A DNA stretch of 64,000 bases from Escherichia phage REP1: the sequence record OQ174500.1. One strand, written 5' to 3'. How positions within the stretch are numbered: the first letter of the stretch is position 1; each line of letters begins with the position of its first letter. Positions 28,597 to 37,558 of this stretch are shown one piece after another. A model generated the notes under the pieces. That model was not told where the DNA came from. It was given only the letters and a program-made list of their open reading frames with translations, and ran no database searches. The position numbers and the translations under genes are program-made.

Positions 28597-28833
28597 ATGA
28601 AAATTGTTTATGGTTGCTTAGCAGTGTGTTTAGTTGCATTAGCAGCAGTTCCATTTGTTAGTGTTGAAAATGATACTCAACCTGTGATTGAATCTAGCAC
28701 CGTTATTCACACTAATGGTAAAATATCAGTTAAAATTGATGATAATCTTCATGTGAATACAAATGGATCTTTAGGTGTGCAAATGGGTAATACCTGCATA
28801 AGCACTACTGGAGTAATTACTACTTGCATTTGA
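28597..28833 (+). CDS. small secreted protein (signal-peptide-like N-terminus)
   Basis: 78 aa from ATG 28597; MKIVYGCLAVCLVALAAVPFVSVEN; track start 28585 is TTG. Confidence 0.55.
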   Translation: MKIVYGCLAVCLVALAAVPFVSVENDTQPVIESSTVIHTNGKISVKIDDNLHVNTNGSLGVQMGNTCISTTGVITTCI

Positions 28834-28843
28834 GGAAATTATT

Positions 28844-29224
28844 ATGAAAATCGCTATTTTGGTTATTGCATTAGGTCTTACTGGTTGTGTAGCTCAAGGA
28901 CCGGTAGTAAATCAGTCTGATGTAGGAAAAATTGTAAACTGTTCAAGCAAATTTTATAATCCTAATGTCAAGTGTTATAAAGAAGCTCCAAAACAGACAG
29001 TAGAACAAATGCAGGCGAATTTTGACGAAGCTATTCGTCCAGATGAATCTGCTCAAGCATATCGTAATTCGGATGTAATTACACGCGAAGAAAAAATTGA
29101 AAACTACTGCGCCGAGCTTTGGGCTAATTGGGCTAATAATTACCAATGGCGTACTGGTAAAAATGCTCCGATGGAGTATGTAGTGAATTCTTATAATTCA
29201 TGTGTAAAAAATTTGACTAAGTGA
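28844..29224 (+). CDS. predicted lipoprotein
   Basis: 126 aa; signal peptide with lipobox LTGC. Confidence 0.6.
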   Translation: MKIAILVIALGLTGCVAQGPVVNQSDVGKIVNCSSKFYNPNVKCYKEAPKQTVEQMQANFDEAIRPDESAQAYRNSDVITREEKIENYCAELWANWANNYQWRTGKNAPMEYVVNSYNSCVKNLTK

Positions 29225-29231
29225 GGAAAAC

Positions 29232-29483
29232 ATGGAAACTTTAGTAGCAGGTTCAATTTTTATGGTTTTAGTTTCAGGCGTGTTGGCTATTATTATATAC
29301 ATGCTTCCATGGTTTATCGCCTTGATGCGTGGGTCAAAATCGACAGTAGGAATCTTTTTCACATCTTTACTGTTTAACTGGTCAATTATTGGTTGGTTTA
29401 TTACATTTATTTGGTCAATTGCGGGTGAAACTAAAAAGTCTGCACAGCCAAATCAGGTAATTATCATCAGAGAGAAGGAATGA
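29232..29483 (+). CDS. imm: superinfection immunity membrane protein
   Basis: 83 aa, two hydrophobic helices; position between 43 and 42. Confidence 0.7.
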   Translation: METLVAGSIFMVLVSGVLAIIIYMLPWFIALMRGSKSTVGIFFTSLLFNWSIIGWFITFIWSIAGETKKSAQPNQVIIIREKE

Positions 29484-29629
29484 AAAGCAAAATTATAACA
29501 GTGTTGCTTTTAATCTTGATGATTATAATAAGTATATACTATAGTGTAACGGTTCCTCTTATGATTCCAACTATTATTTTAGGTTGGGGTTTATTACTGT
29601 TACAAGTTAAATATGAATGTATCAATTGA
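29480..29629 (+). CDS. small membrane peptide
   Basis: 49 aa, one long hydrophobic helix; ATGA overlap with the imm stop; not in the ORF track (<60 aa). Confidence 0.4.
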   Translation: MKSKIITVLLLILMIIISIYYSVTVPLMIPTIILGWGLLLLQVKYECIN

Positions 29630-29636
29630 GGTTTAA

Positions 29637-30377
29637 ATGATTAGTGACTCTATGACAGTTGAAGAAATCCGTCTTCATTTGGGGCTTGCATTAAAAGAAA
29701 AAGATTTCGTAGTTGATAAAACTGGTGTTAAAACTATTGAAATTATTGGCGCATCATTTGTAGCAGATGAACCGTTTATTTTTGGCGCTCTTAATGATGA
29801 ATACATTCAGCGTGAACTTGAATGGTATAAATCTAAAAGCTTGTTTGTTAAAGATATTCCAGGTGAAACACCAAAGATTTGGCAGCAGGTAGCATCTTCT
29901 AAAGGCGAAATTAACTCGAATTATGGTTGGGCTATTTGGTCAGAAGATAACTATGCCCAGTATGATATGTGTTTAGCTGAACTTGGTCAAAATCCTGATT
30001 CTCGACGTGGTATCATGATTTATACTCGTCCATCCATGCAATTTGATTACAATAAAGATGGTATGTCAGATTTCATGTGTACTAATACAGTACAGTACCT
30101 GATTCGTGATAAGAAAGTCAATGCAGTAGTAAGCATGCGCTCAAATGATGTGGTCTTCGGATTCCGTAATGATTATGCATGGCAAAAATACGTATTAGAT
30201 AAATTAGTATCTGATTTGAATGCCGGCGATTCAACTCGTCAGTATAAAGCAGGTTCTATTATATGGAATGTTGGAAGTCTTCATGTATATTCTCGTCATT
30301 TTTACTTGGTTGATCATTGGTGGAATACTGGCGAAACTCATATTGTGAAAAAAGATTATAACGGTGAGTGGAAATGA
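29637..30377 (+). CDS. 42: dCMP hydroxymethylase gp42
   Basis: 246 aa; thymidylate-synthase-like fold motifs; size equals T4 gp42. Confidence 0.85.
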   Translation: MISDSMTVEEIRLHLGLALKEKDFVVDKTGVKTIEIIGASFVADEPFIFGALNDEYIQRELEWYKSKSLFVKDIPGETPKIWQQVASSKGEINSNYGWAIWSEDNYAQYDMCLAELGQNPDSRRGIMIYTRPSMQFDYNKDGMSDFMCTNTVQYLIRDKKVNAVVSMRSNDVVFGFRNDYAWQKYVLDKLVSDLNAGDSTRQYKAGSIIWNVGSLHVYSRHFYLVDHWWNTGETHIVKKDYNGEWK

Positions 30378-31216
30378 TTCAATTCGTAATTCCAAGCTAT
30401 CAACGCGTAGGGGCAGTTTCTGCCCTTGATATGTTTCCGACTGATTATGAACCACATATTGTAGTGCGTGAACATGAAGAAAAAGCTTATCATGACGCTT
30501 ATGGGTCTAGAGTTAAAATTATAACTATTCCTGATGATGTAAACGGAATTGCCGGTACTCGTAAAGCAATTACTGATATGTATGCAGGTCAACGAATCTG
30601 GATGATTGACGATGATACTACTATTCGTATGAGTTCAATGCGAAAAAGAGATGATCGTCGTTGCGTAGATAAAGTCAATCAATTGACTCGTGAACAGTTC
30701 TATGAATTGATTCAATATGTTGAGGATGCCATGGATTGTGGGTATTATCATGGCCATGCTCGTCTACCTATTTTTAAAATTACTTCATCTTGGGGTAATT
30801 ATCGTGAAAATTCATATGGATTCACGAATACATGGTATGACCTCGGAAAACTTACGACAGAACAAATTGGGTATGGAAAAATTGATTTATGCGAAGATAT
30901 GTATGCATTTCTCAATTTAATTAATCAAGGTTATCCGCATTTGGCCTTGTTCAAATATCTGGTTGTATCTGGAAAAGCACAAGCTCCTGGCGGGTGCAGT
31001 TCAATTCGCAGTAATTCTAAACATAATAGAGCGCTTGAGCAGATCAATAGAGAGTTTCCAGAGCAAGCTCGTTGGAAAACTTCTAATATTGAAAAACGAA
31101 AATCGTTGGGTGAAGAAGACGAGCCATTAAAGGTTCTTCGTATGTGTGTTTCACGTAAAGAAAAATCAGAAGCATTTCATAAGTTTAATGCTATTCATCC
31201 AATAGCAGTTGATTAA
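30374..31216 (+). CDS. GT-A-type DNA glycosyltransferase at the beta-gt position (possibly beta-glucosyl-HMC alpha-glucosyltransferase)
   Basis: 280 aa from ATG 30374 (ATGA overlap with gene 42); DxD-type WMIDDDTTI motif; unrelated to recalled T4 beta-gt. Confidence 0.55.
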   Translation: MIQFVIPSYQRVGAVSALDMFPTDYEPHIVVREHEEKAYHDAYGSRVKIITIPDDVNGIAGTRKAITDMYAGQRIWMIDDDTTIRMSSMRKRDDRRCVDKVNQLTREQFYELIQYVEDAMDCGYYHGHARLPIFKITSSWGNYRENSYGFTNTWYDLGKLTTEQIGYGKIDLCEDMYAFLNLINQGYPHLALFKYLVVSGKAQAPGGCSSIRSNSKHNRALEQINREFPEQARWKTSNIEKRKSLGEEDEPLKVLRMCVSRKEKSEAFHKFNAIHPIAVD

Positions 31217-31293
31217 TGCCTAAATTTATTGTGTTATAATTACTCTATCTTTAACCAGTGAGGAAAATATAATGATGCCTATGGAAAAAATGA

Positions 31294-32475
31294 ATGTCTA
31301 TTGCAGATTTAAAATCCCGTTTGATTAAAGCTTCCACTTCTAAAATGACTGCTGAACTGACTACATCTAAATTCTTTAATGAAAAGGATGTAATCCGTAC
31401 AAAAATCCCAATGCTTAATATTGCTATTTCTGGTGCGATTGATGGCGGCATGCAGTCTGGTTTAACTATTTTCGCAGGGCCTTCTAAACACTTTAAATCA
31501 AATATGTCTTTGACTATGGTTGCGGCATATTTGAACAAATATCCTGACGCGGTTTGTCTATTCTATGATAGTGAATTTGGTATTACTCCAGCTTATTTGC
31601 GATCCATGGGAGTTGACCCGGAACGAGTAATTCATACGCCGATTCAGTCAGTTGAACAGCTGAAAATTGATATGGTGAACCAGCTTGAAGCTATTGAGCG
31701 TGGTGAAAAGGTTATTGTATTCATCGACTCAATCGGTAATATGGCTTCTAAGAAAGAAACGGAAGATGCCTTAAATGAAAAATCTGTGGCAGATATGACT
31801 CGTGCTAAATCACTGAAGTCATTATTCCGTATTGTTACTCCTTATTTTAGCATTAAAAATATTCCGTGCGTTGCGGTTAACCATACAATTGAAACAATTG
31901 AAATGTTTAGTAAAACCGTGATGACAGGTGGTACAGGCGTAATGTATTCGGCTGATACAGTATTCATTATCGGTAAGCGTCAGATTAAAGATGGTTCTGA
32001 TCTTCAGGGGTATCAATTTGTTCTAAATGTAGAAAAATCTCGTACCGTTAAAGAAAAAAGTAAATTCTTTATTGATGTTAAATTTGACGGTGGTATTGAT
32101 CCTTATTCTGGATTGCTAGATATGGCTCTTGAATTAGGATTTGTAGTAAAACCTAAAAATGGTTGGTATGCTCGTGAATTTCTTGACGAAGAAACCGGCG
32201 AGATGATTCGCGAAGAAAAATCTTGGCGTGCAAAAGATACCAACTGCACTACATTCTGGGGTCCTTTATTTAAGCATCAACCATTCCGAGATGCTATTAA
32301 ACGTGCTTATCAATTAGGTGCTATTGATAGTAATGAAATTGTTGAAGCTGAAGTTGATGAATTGATTAACTCAAAGGTTGAAAAATTTAAATCTCCAGAA
32401 AGTAAAAGTAAATCAGCAGCTGATTTAGAAACTGACCTCGAACAGTTAAGTGATATGGAAGAATTTAATGAATAA
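31294..32475 (+). CDS. uvsX: recombinase UvsX (RecA/Rad51-like)
   Basis: 393 aa; Walker A GPSKHFKS; near-identical to recalled T4 UvsX. Confidence 0.9.
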   Translation: MSIADLKSRLIKASTSKMTAELTTSKFFNEKDVIRTKIPMLNIAISGAIDGGMQSGLTIFAGPSKHFKSNMSLTMVAAYLNKYPDAVCLFYDSEFGITPAYLRSMGVDPERVIHTPIQSVEQLKIDMVNQLEAIERGEKVIVFIDSIGNMASKKETEDALNEKSVADMTRAKSLKSLFRIVTPYFSIKNIPCVAVNHTIETIEMFSKTVMTGGTGVMYSADTVFIIGKRQIKDGSDLQGYQFVLNVEKSRTVKEKSKFFIDVKFDGGIDPYSGLLDMALELGFVVKPKNGWYAREFLDEETGEMIREEKSWRAKDTNCTTFWGPLFKHQPFRDAIKRAYQLGAIDSNEIVEAEVDELINSKVEKFKSPESKSKSAADLETDLEQLSDMEEFNE

Positions 32476-32812
32476 AGATGATTTAGATTTAGATCTAGAA
32501 ATTATCGACGAATCCCCCTCTTCGGAGGGGGAAGAAGAAAGAAAAGAACGTCTTTTTAATGAATCTCTTAAGATAATTAAATCTGCCATGGAAAATGTTA
32601 TCCAGGAGATTGTCATTAAACTAGAAGATGGTTCTACACACATTGTGTATGTGACAAAATTAGATTGGGTTGATGGAAAAGTCGTAATGGACTTTGCTGT
32701 TCTTGACCAAGAAAGAAAAGCTGAGTTAGCTCCTCATGTAGAAAAATGTATTACAATGCAACTACAAGATGCATTTAATAAAAGGTCAAAGAAAAAGTTT
32801 AAATTCTTTTAA
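32450..32812 (+). CDS. 40: gp40 head vertex assembly protein
   Basis: Position between uvsX and 41; start may be ATG 32468 (114 aa). Confidence 0.55.
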   Translation: MIWKNLMNKDDLDLDLEIIDESPSSEGEEERKERLFNESLKIIKSAMENVIQEIVIKLEDGSTHIVYVTKLDWVDGKVVMDFAVLDQERKAELAPHVEKCITMQLQDAFNKRSKKKFKFF

Positions 32813-32821
32813 GGAGTAAGT

Positions 32822-34249
32822 GTGGTAGAAATTATTCTTTCTCATCTCATATTTGATCAAGCTTATTTTTCAAAAGTTTGGCCATATATGGATTCAGAAT
32901 ATTTTGAAAGTGGTCCAGCTAAAAATACATTCAAATTAATTAAATCTCATGTTAACGAGTATCATAGCGTTCCATCTATTAATGCGTTAAATGTTGCGTT
33001 AGAAAATAGTTCATTTACTGAAACAGAATATTCTGGTGTAAAAACACTTATTTCAAAACTGGCTGATTCTCCAGAAGACCACAGTTGGTTAGTAAAAGAA
33101 ACAGAAAAATATGTTCAGCAAAGGGCGATGTTTAATGCTACGTCTAAAATAATCGAAATTCAAACTAATGCTGAACTTCCTCCGGAAAAACGAAATAAGA
33201 AAATGCCGGATGTTGGTGCTATTCCTGACATCATGCGTCAAGCATTATCAATTTCATTTGATAGCTACGTTGGTCATGATTGGATGGATGACTACGAAGC
33301 ACGCTGGCTATCTTATATGAATAAAGCTCGTAAGGTTCCATTTAAACTTCGTATTTTGAATAAAATTACAAAAGGCGGAGCTGAAACAGGAACACTGAAC
33401 GTTTTAATGGCTGGCGTTAACGTTGGTAAATCATTAGGACTTTGCTCATTAGCAGCAGATTATTTGCAGCTTGGTCATAACGTTCTTTATATCTCCATGG
33501 AAATGGCAGAAGAAGTCTGTGCTAAACGTATTGATGCTAACATGCTCGATGTTTCTCTTGACGATATTGATGATGGACATATTTCTTACGCCGAATATAA
33601 AGGAAAAATGGAAAAATGGCGTGAGAAATCTACTCTCGGTCGTTTAATCGTTAAGCAATATCCTACTGGTGGAGCAGACGCTAATACATTCAGGTCTCTC
33701 TTGAATGAATTGAAGCTCAAGAAGAATTTTGTTCCAACAATCATTATTGTCGACTATCTAGGTATTTGTAAATCTTGCCGCATTAGAGTTTATTCAGAAA
33801 ATAGTTACACAACTGTTAAAGCTATCGCAGAGGAATTACGTGCTCTGGCTGTTGAAACAGAAACTGTTCTTTGGACTGCAGCACAGGTTGGTAAACAAGC
33901 TTGGGACTCTTCCGATGTTAACATGAGCGATATTGCAGAATCTGCTGGTCTTCCAGCAACAGCTGATTTTATGCTTGCGGTCATTGAAACCGAGGAGCTA
34001 GCAGCTGCTGAACAACAACTCATTAAGCAAATCAAATCACGATATGGTGATAAGAATAAGTGGAATAAGTTTTTGATGGGTGTTCAAAAAGGAAATCAAA
34101 AGTGGGTAGAAATTGAACAAGATTCTACTCCAACTGAAGTGAGTGAAGTAGCAGGTTCACAACAGATTCAGGCTGAACAGAATCGCTATCAAAGAAATGA
34201 ATCCACTCGAGCTCAGTTAGATGCTTTGGCAAATGAATTAAAATTTTAG
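32822..34249 (+). CDS. 41: replicative DNA helicase gp41 (DnaB family)
   Basis: 475 aa, GTG start; Walker A GVNVGKS; matches recalled T4 gp41. Confidence 0.92.
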   Translation: MVEIILSHLIFDQAYFSKVWPYMDSEYFESGPAKNTFKLIKSHVNEYHSVPSINALNVALENSSFTETEYSGVKTLISKLADSPEDHSWLVKETEKYVQQRAMFNATSKIIEIQTNAELPPEKRNKKMPDVGAIPDIMRQALSISFDSYVGHDWMDDYEARWLSYMNKARKVPFKLRILNKITKGGAETGTLNVLMAGVNVGKSLGLCSLAADYLQLGHNVLYISMEMAEEVCAKRIDANMLDVSLDDIDDGHISYAEYKGKMEKWREKSTLGRLIVKQYPTGGADANTFRSLLNELKLKKNFVPTIIIVDYLGICKSCRIRVYSENSYTTVKAIAEELRALAVETETVLWTAAQVGKQAWDSSDVNMSDIAESAGLPATADFMLAVIETEELAAAEQQLIKQIKSRYGDKNKWNKFLMGVQKGNQKWVEIEQDSTPTEVSEVAGSQQIQAEQNRYQRNESTRAQLDALANELKF

Positions 34250-34278
34250 TTTACAAGCTGGCAAGACTATGGTATAGT
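34249..34278 (+). promoter_or_regulatory. T4-type early promoter
   Basis: GTTTAC (overlapping the gene 41 stop), 18 bp, TGGTATAGT. Confidence 0.55.
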
Positions 34279-34307
34279 AGTCTTGTTGGTTAAATGAGGA
34301 GATTGTT

Positions 34308-34490
34308 ATGGAATTAGTAAAGGTAGTTTTTATGGGGTGGTTTAAGAATGAAAGCATGTTTACTAAAGAAATCACAATGATGAAAGATGACGTTCAATGG
34401 GCTACTACTCAATATGCTGAAGTTAATAAAGCATTAGTTAAAGCTTTCATTGATGACAAGCAAGTGTGTGAAGTAGATTGCAGAGGATAA
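34308..34490 (+). CDS. dmd: Dmd antitoxin (inhibitor of RnlA/LsoA)
   Basis: 60 aa; first gene after 41 as for T4 61.5. Confidence 0.65.
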   Translation: MELVKVVFMGWFKNESMFTKEITMMKDDVQWATTQYAEVNKALVKAFIDDKQVCEVDCRG

Positions 34491-34491
34491 T

Positions 34492-34749
34492 ATGCATATT
34501 GTTTTATTTAAACCTACTCCGTATAATGTTAGGAAAAATACTCAATTCAAGGCACTTATTGCGGATACGTGGGAATTGGTGTTAGATATTCCAGCAGAAG
34601 AAAGTCCTCCATTTGGTCGAGTGGAATTTATTAAGTTTGCTGTGCGCCCTACGAAGCGACAGATTCGCCAATGCAAAAGATACTTTCGTAAAATCGTCAA
34701 GTTAGAGAAACAGTTTGTAACATGTGATTATGCAGAAGTTTTAAAATAG
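34492..34749 (+). CDS. hypothetical protein (61.4 position)
   Basis: 85-codon ORF. Confidence 0.5.
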   Translation: MHIVLFKPTPYNVRKNTQFKALIADTWELVLDIPAEESPPFGRVEFIKFAVRPTKRQIRQCKRYFRKIVKLEKQFVTCDYAEVLK

Positions 34750-34751
34750 CT

Positions 34752-34780
34752 GTTTACTTTTGTTGGAAATTGATATACTA
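34752..34780 (+). promoter_or_regulatory. T4-type early promoter
   Basis: GTTTAC, 16-17 bp, TATACT. Confidence 0.5.
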
Positions 34781-34809
34781 TATAAACATAAACTACTGAG
34801 GAGATTATC

Positions 34810-35103
34810 ATGAAAAAATTTATTTTTGCTACAATTTTTACTTTGGCTTCTTGTGCTGCTCAGCCTTCTATGGCAGGATATGATAAAGATTTGTGTGAAT
34901 GGTCTATGACTGCAGATCAGACTGAAGTTGAAACTCAAATTGAAGCGGATATTATGAATATCGTTGAGCGCGATCGTCCTGAAATGAAAGCTGAAGTGCA
35001 AAAACAACTTAAGTCTGGTGGTGTAATGCAGTATAATTATGTTCTGTATTGCGATAAAAACTTTAATAACAAAAATATCGTAACCGAAATCACAGGCGAA
35101 TAA
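34810..35103 (+). CDS. sp: periplasmic superinfection exclusion protein (Spackle-like)
   Basis: 97 aa with N-terminal signal peptide; position and size of T4 sp (61.3). Confidence 0.6.
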   Translation: MKKFIFATIFTLASCAAQPSMAGYDKDLCEWSMTADQTEVETQIEADIMNIVERDRPEMKAEVQKQLKSGGVMQYNYVLYCDKNFNNKNIVTEITGE

Positions 35104-35104
35104 T

Positions 35105-35737
35105 ATGATTTATTATATGCACAAAAATCCACCGTTTAAATACGGTAAATTTCCTGATGCACAATGTTATAATATAACGCCTGATGAAAATAACCGTGGA
35201 TATCTTATTGGCACAATTTTTGTAATTGTTAAAGATAACGAAATCGTTGCCTGGGCAGATTTTAAAGGTACAACATATGATGTTAATCCGGTGCCTTTCA
35301 CATATTACAATTTAATGGATTTGGCATACGATTATAATTGGTTTAATCATGACACTTTGGCTCATATTGAAGGTGTAGGATTTGATATTTCATATTCGGA
35401 ATACACTTTAAGCCCTATGAGTCGAGCCCATAAAGAACCTGAATATTTTTCATTTAGGAAACGTTTAAACTTTAAACGCAGCACAGAGTATGTCGGTGGA
35501 ATCTTTGTTAAAGATAATCGAATTATTCGTATTAATTATGCTTTGAGCGTTAGTCAAAAAGATATTGATGTTGATTTAGATTTCACTGAAAATAATATTA
35601 ATAATATTGCTTCTGTGTATTTTGGTATCGATCACAAAATTGTAATATGTGGATATGAATTACCGTTTGAAGAACAGCCTAAAGTAAAAGTTTCTATTGA
35701 CGATCAAATTTTTAATGCTTTTATGAATAAAGGTTAA
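35105..35737 (+). CDS. hypothetical protein (61.2 position)
   Basis: 210 aa; C-terminus IDDQIFNAFMNKG shared with the next ORF. Confidence 0.55.
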   Translation: MIYYMHKNPPFKYGKFPDAQCYNITPDENNRGYLIGTIFVIVKDNEIVAWADFKGTTYDVNPVPFTYYNLMDLAYDYNWFNHDTLAHIEGVGFDISYSEYTLSPMSRAHKEPEYFSFRKRLNFKRSTEYVGGIFVKDNRIIRINYALSVSQKDIDVDLDFTENNINNIASVYFGIDHKIVICGYELPFEEQPKVKVSIDDQIFNAFMNKG

Positions 35738-35738
35738 T

Positions 35739-36095
35739 ATGTATAGTTCTGAATTTTCATATTTAAAAATGGAAAAAATTTCATACGATTTTATAGATGA
35801 AAAGGTTTATTACAGTTTCCATGAACCGCGTTTTAATAGTGAGGTTGGGTTTATTGTAGTAAAAGACAATTTCATTTTAAAGATATATTCGGCATTAAAG
35901 GATTTTCACTACGAAAATATTAACCTAAAATTTGATAAAGAAAACGTTCGTAATTGTGCAGTAACAATTACAGGAAATAAAGGTACATGTGTTATGCTAT
36001 CTGATGAAATTAATGATTTGCTAAATGATGCAGAAAATATTACTGCGCCATCTATTGATGACCAAATTTTTAATGCTTTTATGAATAGAGGTTAA
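35739..36095 (+). CDS. hypothetical protein (61.1 position)
   Basis: 118 aa; C-terminus IDDQIFNAFMNRG shared with the previous ORF. Confidence 0.55.
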   Translation: MYSSEFSYLKMEKISYDFIDEKVYYSFHEPRFNSEVGFIVVKDNFILKIYSALKDFHYENINLKFDKENVRNCAVTITGNKGTCVMLSDEINDLLNDAENITAPSIDDQIFNAFMNRG

Positions 36096-36096
36096 T

Positions 36097-36261
36097 ATGA
36101 AAACATATAAAGAATTTATTAAAGAAGATATGGTCGCTGGAGATTCAGGTGGTAATCCTGAAAATATCTCTACTGGAACAACGTCAGGTGCTGTAGTAAA
36201 TAAAGGTCCTGAACAGATTCCTAAAAAGAAAAAAGAGGAATCTAAAGAAAAAGAAGAGTAA
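36097..36261 (+). CDS. hypothetical small lysine/glutamate-rich protein
   Basis: 54 aa, tightly packed between neighbours; not in the ORF track. Confidence 0.4.
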   Translation: MKTYKEFIKEDMVAGDSGGNPENISTGTTSGAVVNKGPEQIPKKKKEESKEKEE

Positions 36262-36263
36262 AA

Positions 36264-37292
36264 ATGTCATCAATACCTTGGATTGATAATGAGTTTGCAT
36301 ACCGTGCATTAGCTCATCTACCTAAATTCACACAAGTAAATAATAGTTCAACTTTTAAATTACGGTTTAGATGTCCTGTTTGTGGAGATTCAAAAACCGA
36401 TCAAAATAAAGCCCGTGGATGGTATTATGGCGATAATAATGAAGGAAATATTCATTGTTATAACTGTAATTATCATGCACCAATCGGAATATATTTAAAG
36501 GAGTTTGAACCTGATTTATATCGTGAGTATATCTTTGAAATAAGAAAAGAAAAAGGTAAAAGTCGTCCAGTAGAAAAACCTAAAGAACTTCCTAAGCAAC
36601 CTGAGAAGAAAATAATTAAATCTCTTCCGTCATGTGTTAGATTAGATAAACTGGCGGAAGACCATCCAATTATAAAATATGTAAAAGCTCGTTGTATTCC
36701 AAAGGATAAATGGAAATATCTTTGGTTTACAACCGAATGGCCTAAATTAGTTAATAGCATAGCACCGGGAACATACAAAAAGGAAATTTCTGAGCCTCGT
36801 CTTGTTATTCCAATTTATAATGCTAATGGAAAAGCTGAGTCTTTTCAAGGACGTGCATTAAAGAAAGATGCTCCACAAAAGTATATCACCATCAAAGCTT
36901 ATCCTGAGGCAACAAAAATTTACGGTGTTGAACGAGTTAAAGATGGTGATGTATATGTTCTAGAAGGACCCATCGATTCACTTTTTATTGAAAATGGTAT
37001 AGCCATTACTGGCGGTCAATTAGACCTAGAAGTTGTTCCATTTAAAGATAGACGAGTGTGGGTTTTAGATAATGAACCTCGTCACCCTGACACTATCAAA
37101 CGAATGACTAAATTAGTTGATGCAGGAGAAAGGGTTATGTTTTGGGATAAATCTCCCTGGAAATCAAAAGATGTTAATGATATGATTAGAAAGGAAGGTG
37201 CAACCCCTGAACAAATTATGGAATATATGAAAAATAATATTGCCCAGGGGTTGATGGCTAAAATGCGGTTATCTAAATATGCTAAGATTTAA
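36264..37292 (+). CDS. 61: DNA primase gp61
   Basis: 342 aa; N-terminal zinc ribbon CPVCGDS...CYNC; TOPRIM-like region. Confidence 0.9.
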   Translation: MSSIPWIDNEFAYRALAHLPKFTQVNNSSTFKLRFRCPVCGDSKTDQNKARGWYYGDNNEGNIHCYNCNYHAPIGIYLKEFEPDLYREYIFEIRKEKGKSRPVEKPKELPKQPEKKIIKSLPSCVRLDKLAEDHPIIKYVKARCIPKDKWKYLWFTTEWPKLVNSIAPGTYKKEISEPRLVIPIYNANGKAESFQGRALKKDAPQKYITIKAYPEATKIYGVERVKDGDVYVLEGPIDSLFIENGIAITGGQLDLEVVPFKDRRVWVLDNEPRHPDTIKRMTKLVDAGERVMFWDKSPWKSKDVNDMIRKEGATPEQIMEYMKNNIAQGLMAKMRLSKYAKI

Positions 37293-37489
37293 ATTAACCC
37301 AACTAAAGCAAATGCTAAATCTACAAATGTATCAAGAGTAACCACTGGAATATTAATACCATGTGCAATTGCAATAGGTGATAGAATAAAGTTCCAGAGT
37401 AAAATTCCTACCATAGCAGAAATAGTAAAAGCTATACGTTTTTTATTACCTTTTATGGCATTAACAAGTGCCATTAATTTTTGTACCAT
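37289..37489 (-). CDS. small membrane protein on the opposite strand
   Basis: 66 aa with two hydrophobic helices; fills the 61-56 gap, 3' end overlaps the gene 61 stop. Confidence 0.4.
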   Translation of the reverse strand: MVQKLMALVNAIKGNKKRIAFTISAMVGILLWNFILSPIAIAHGINIPVVTLDTFVDLAFALVGLI

Positions 37490-37500
37490 ATATCCTCCTT

Positions 37501-37525
37501 ATTGCTTTATATTTATTGTATAATT
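37501..37525 (+). promoter_or_regulatory. MotA-dependent middle promoter candidate for gene 56
   Basis: MotA box aTTGCTTTA plus TGTATAAT. Confidence 0.45.
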
Positions 37526-37558
37526 AATCTACTAACCCATGAATTGAAAGGAAAAATA

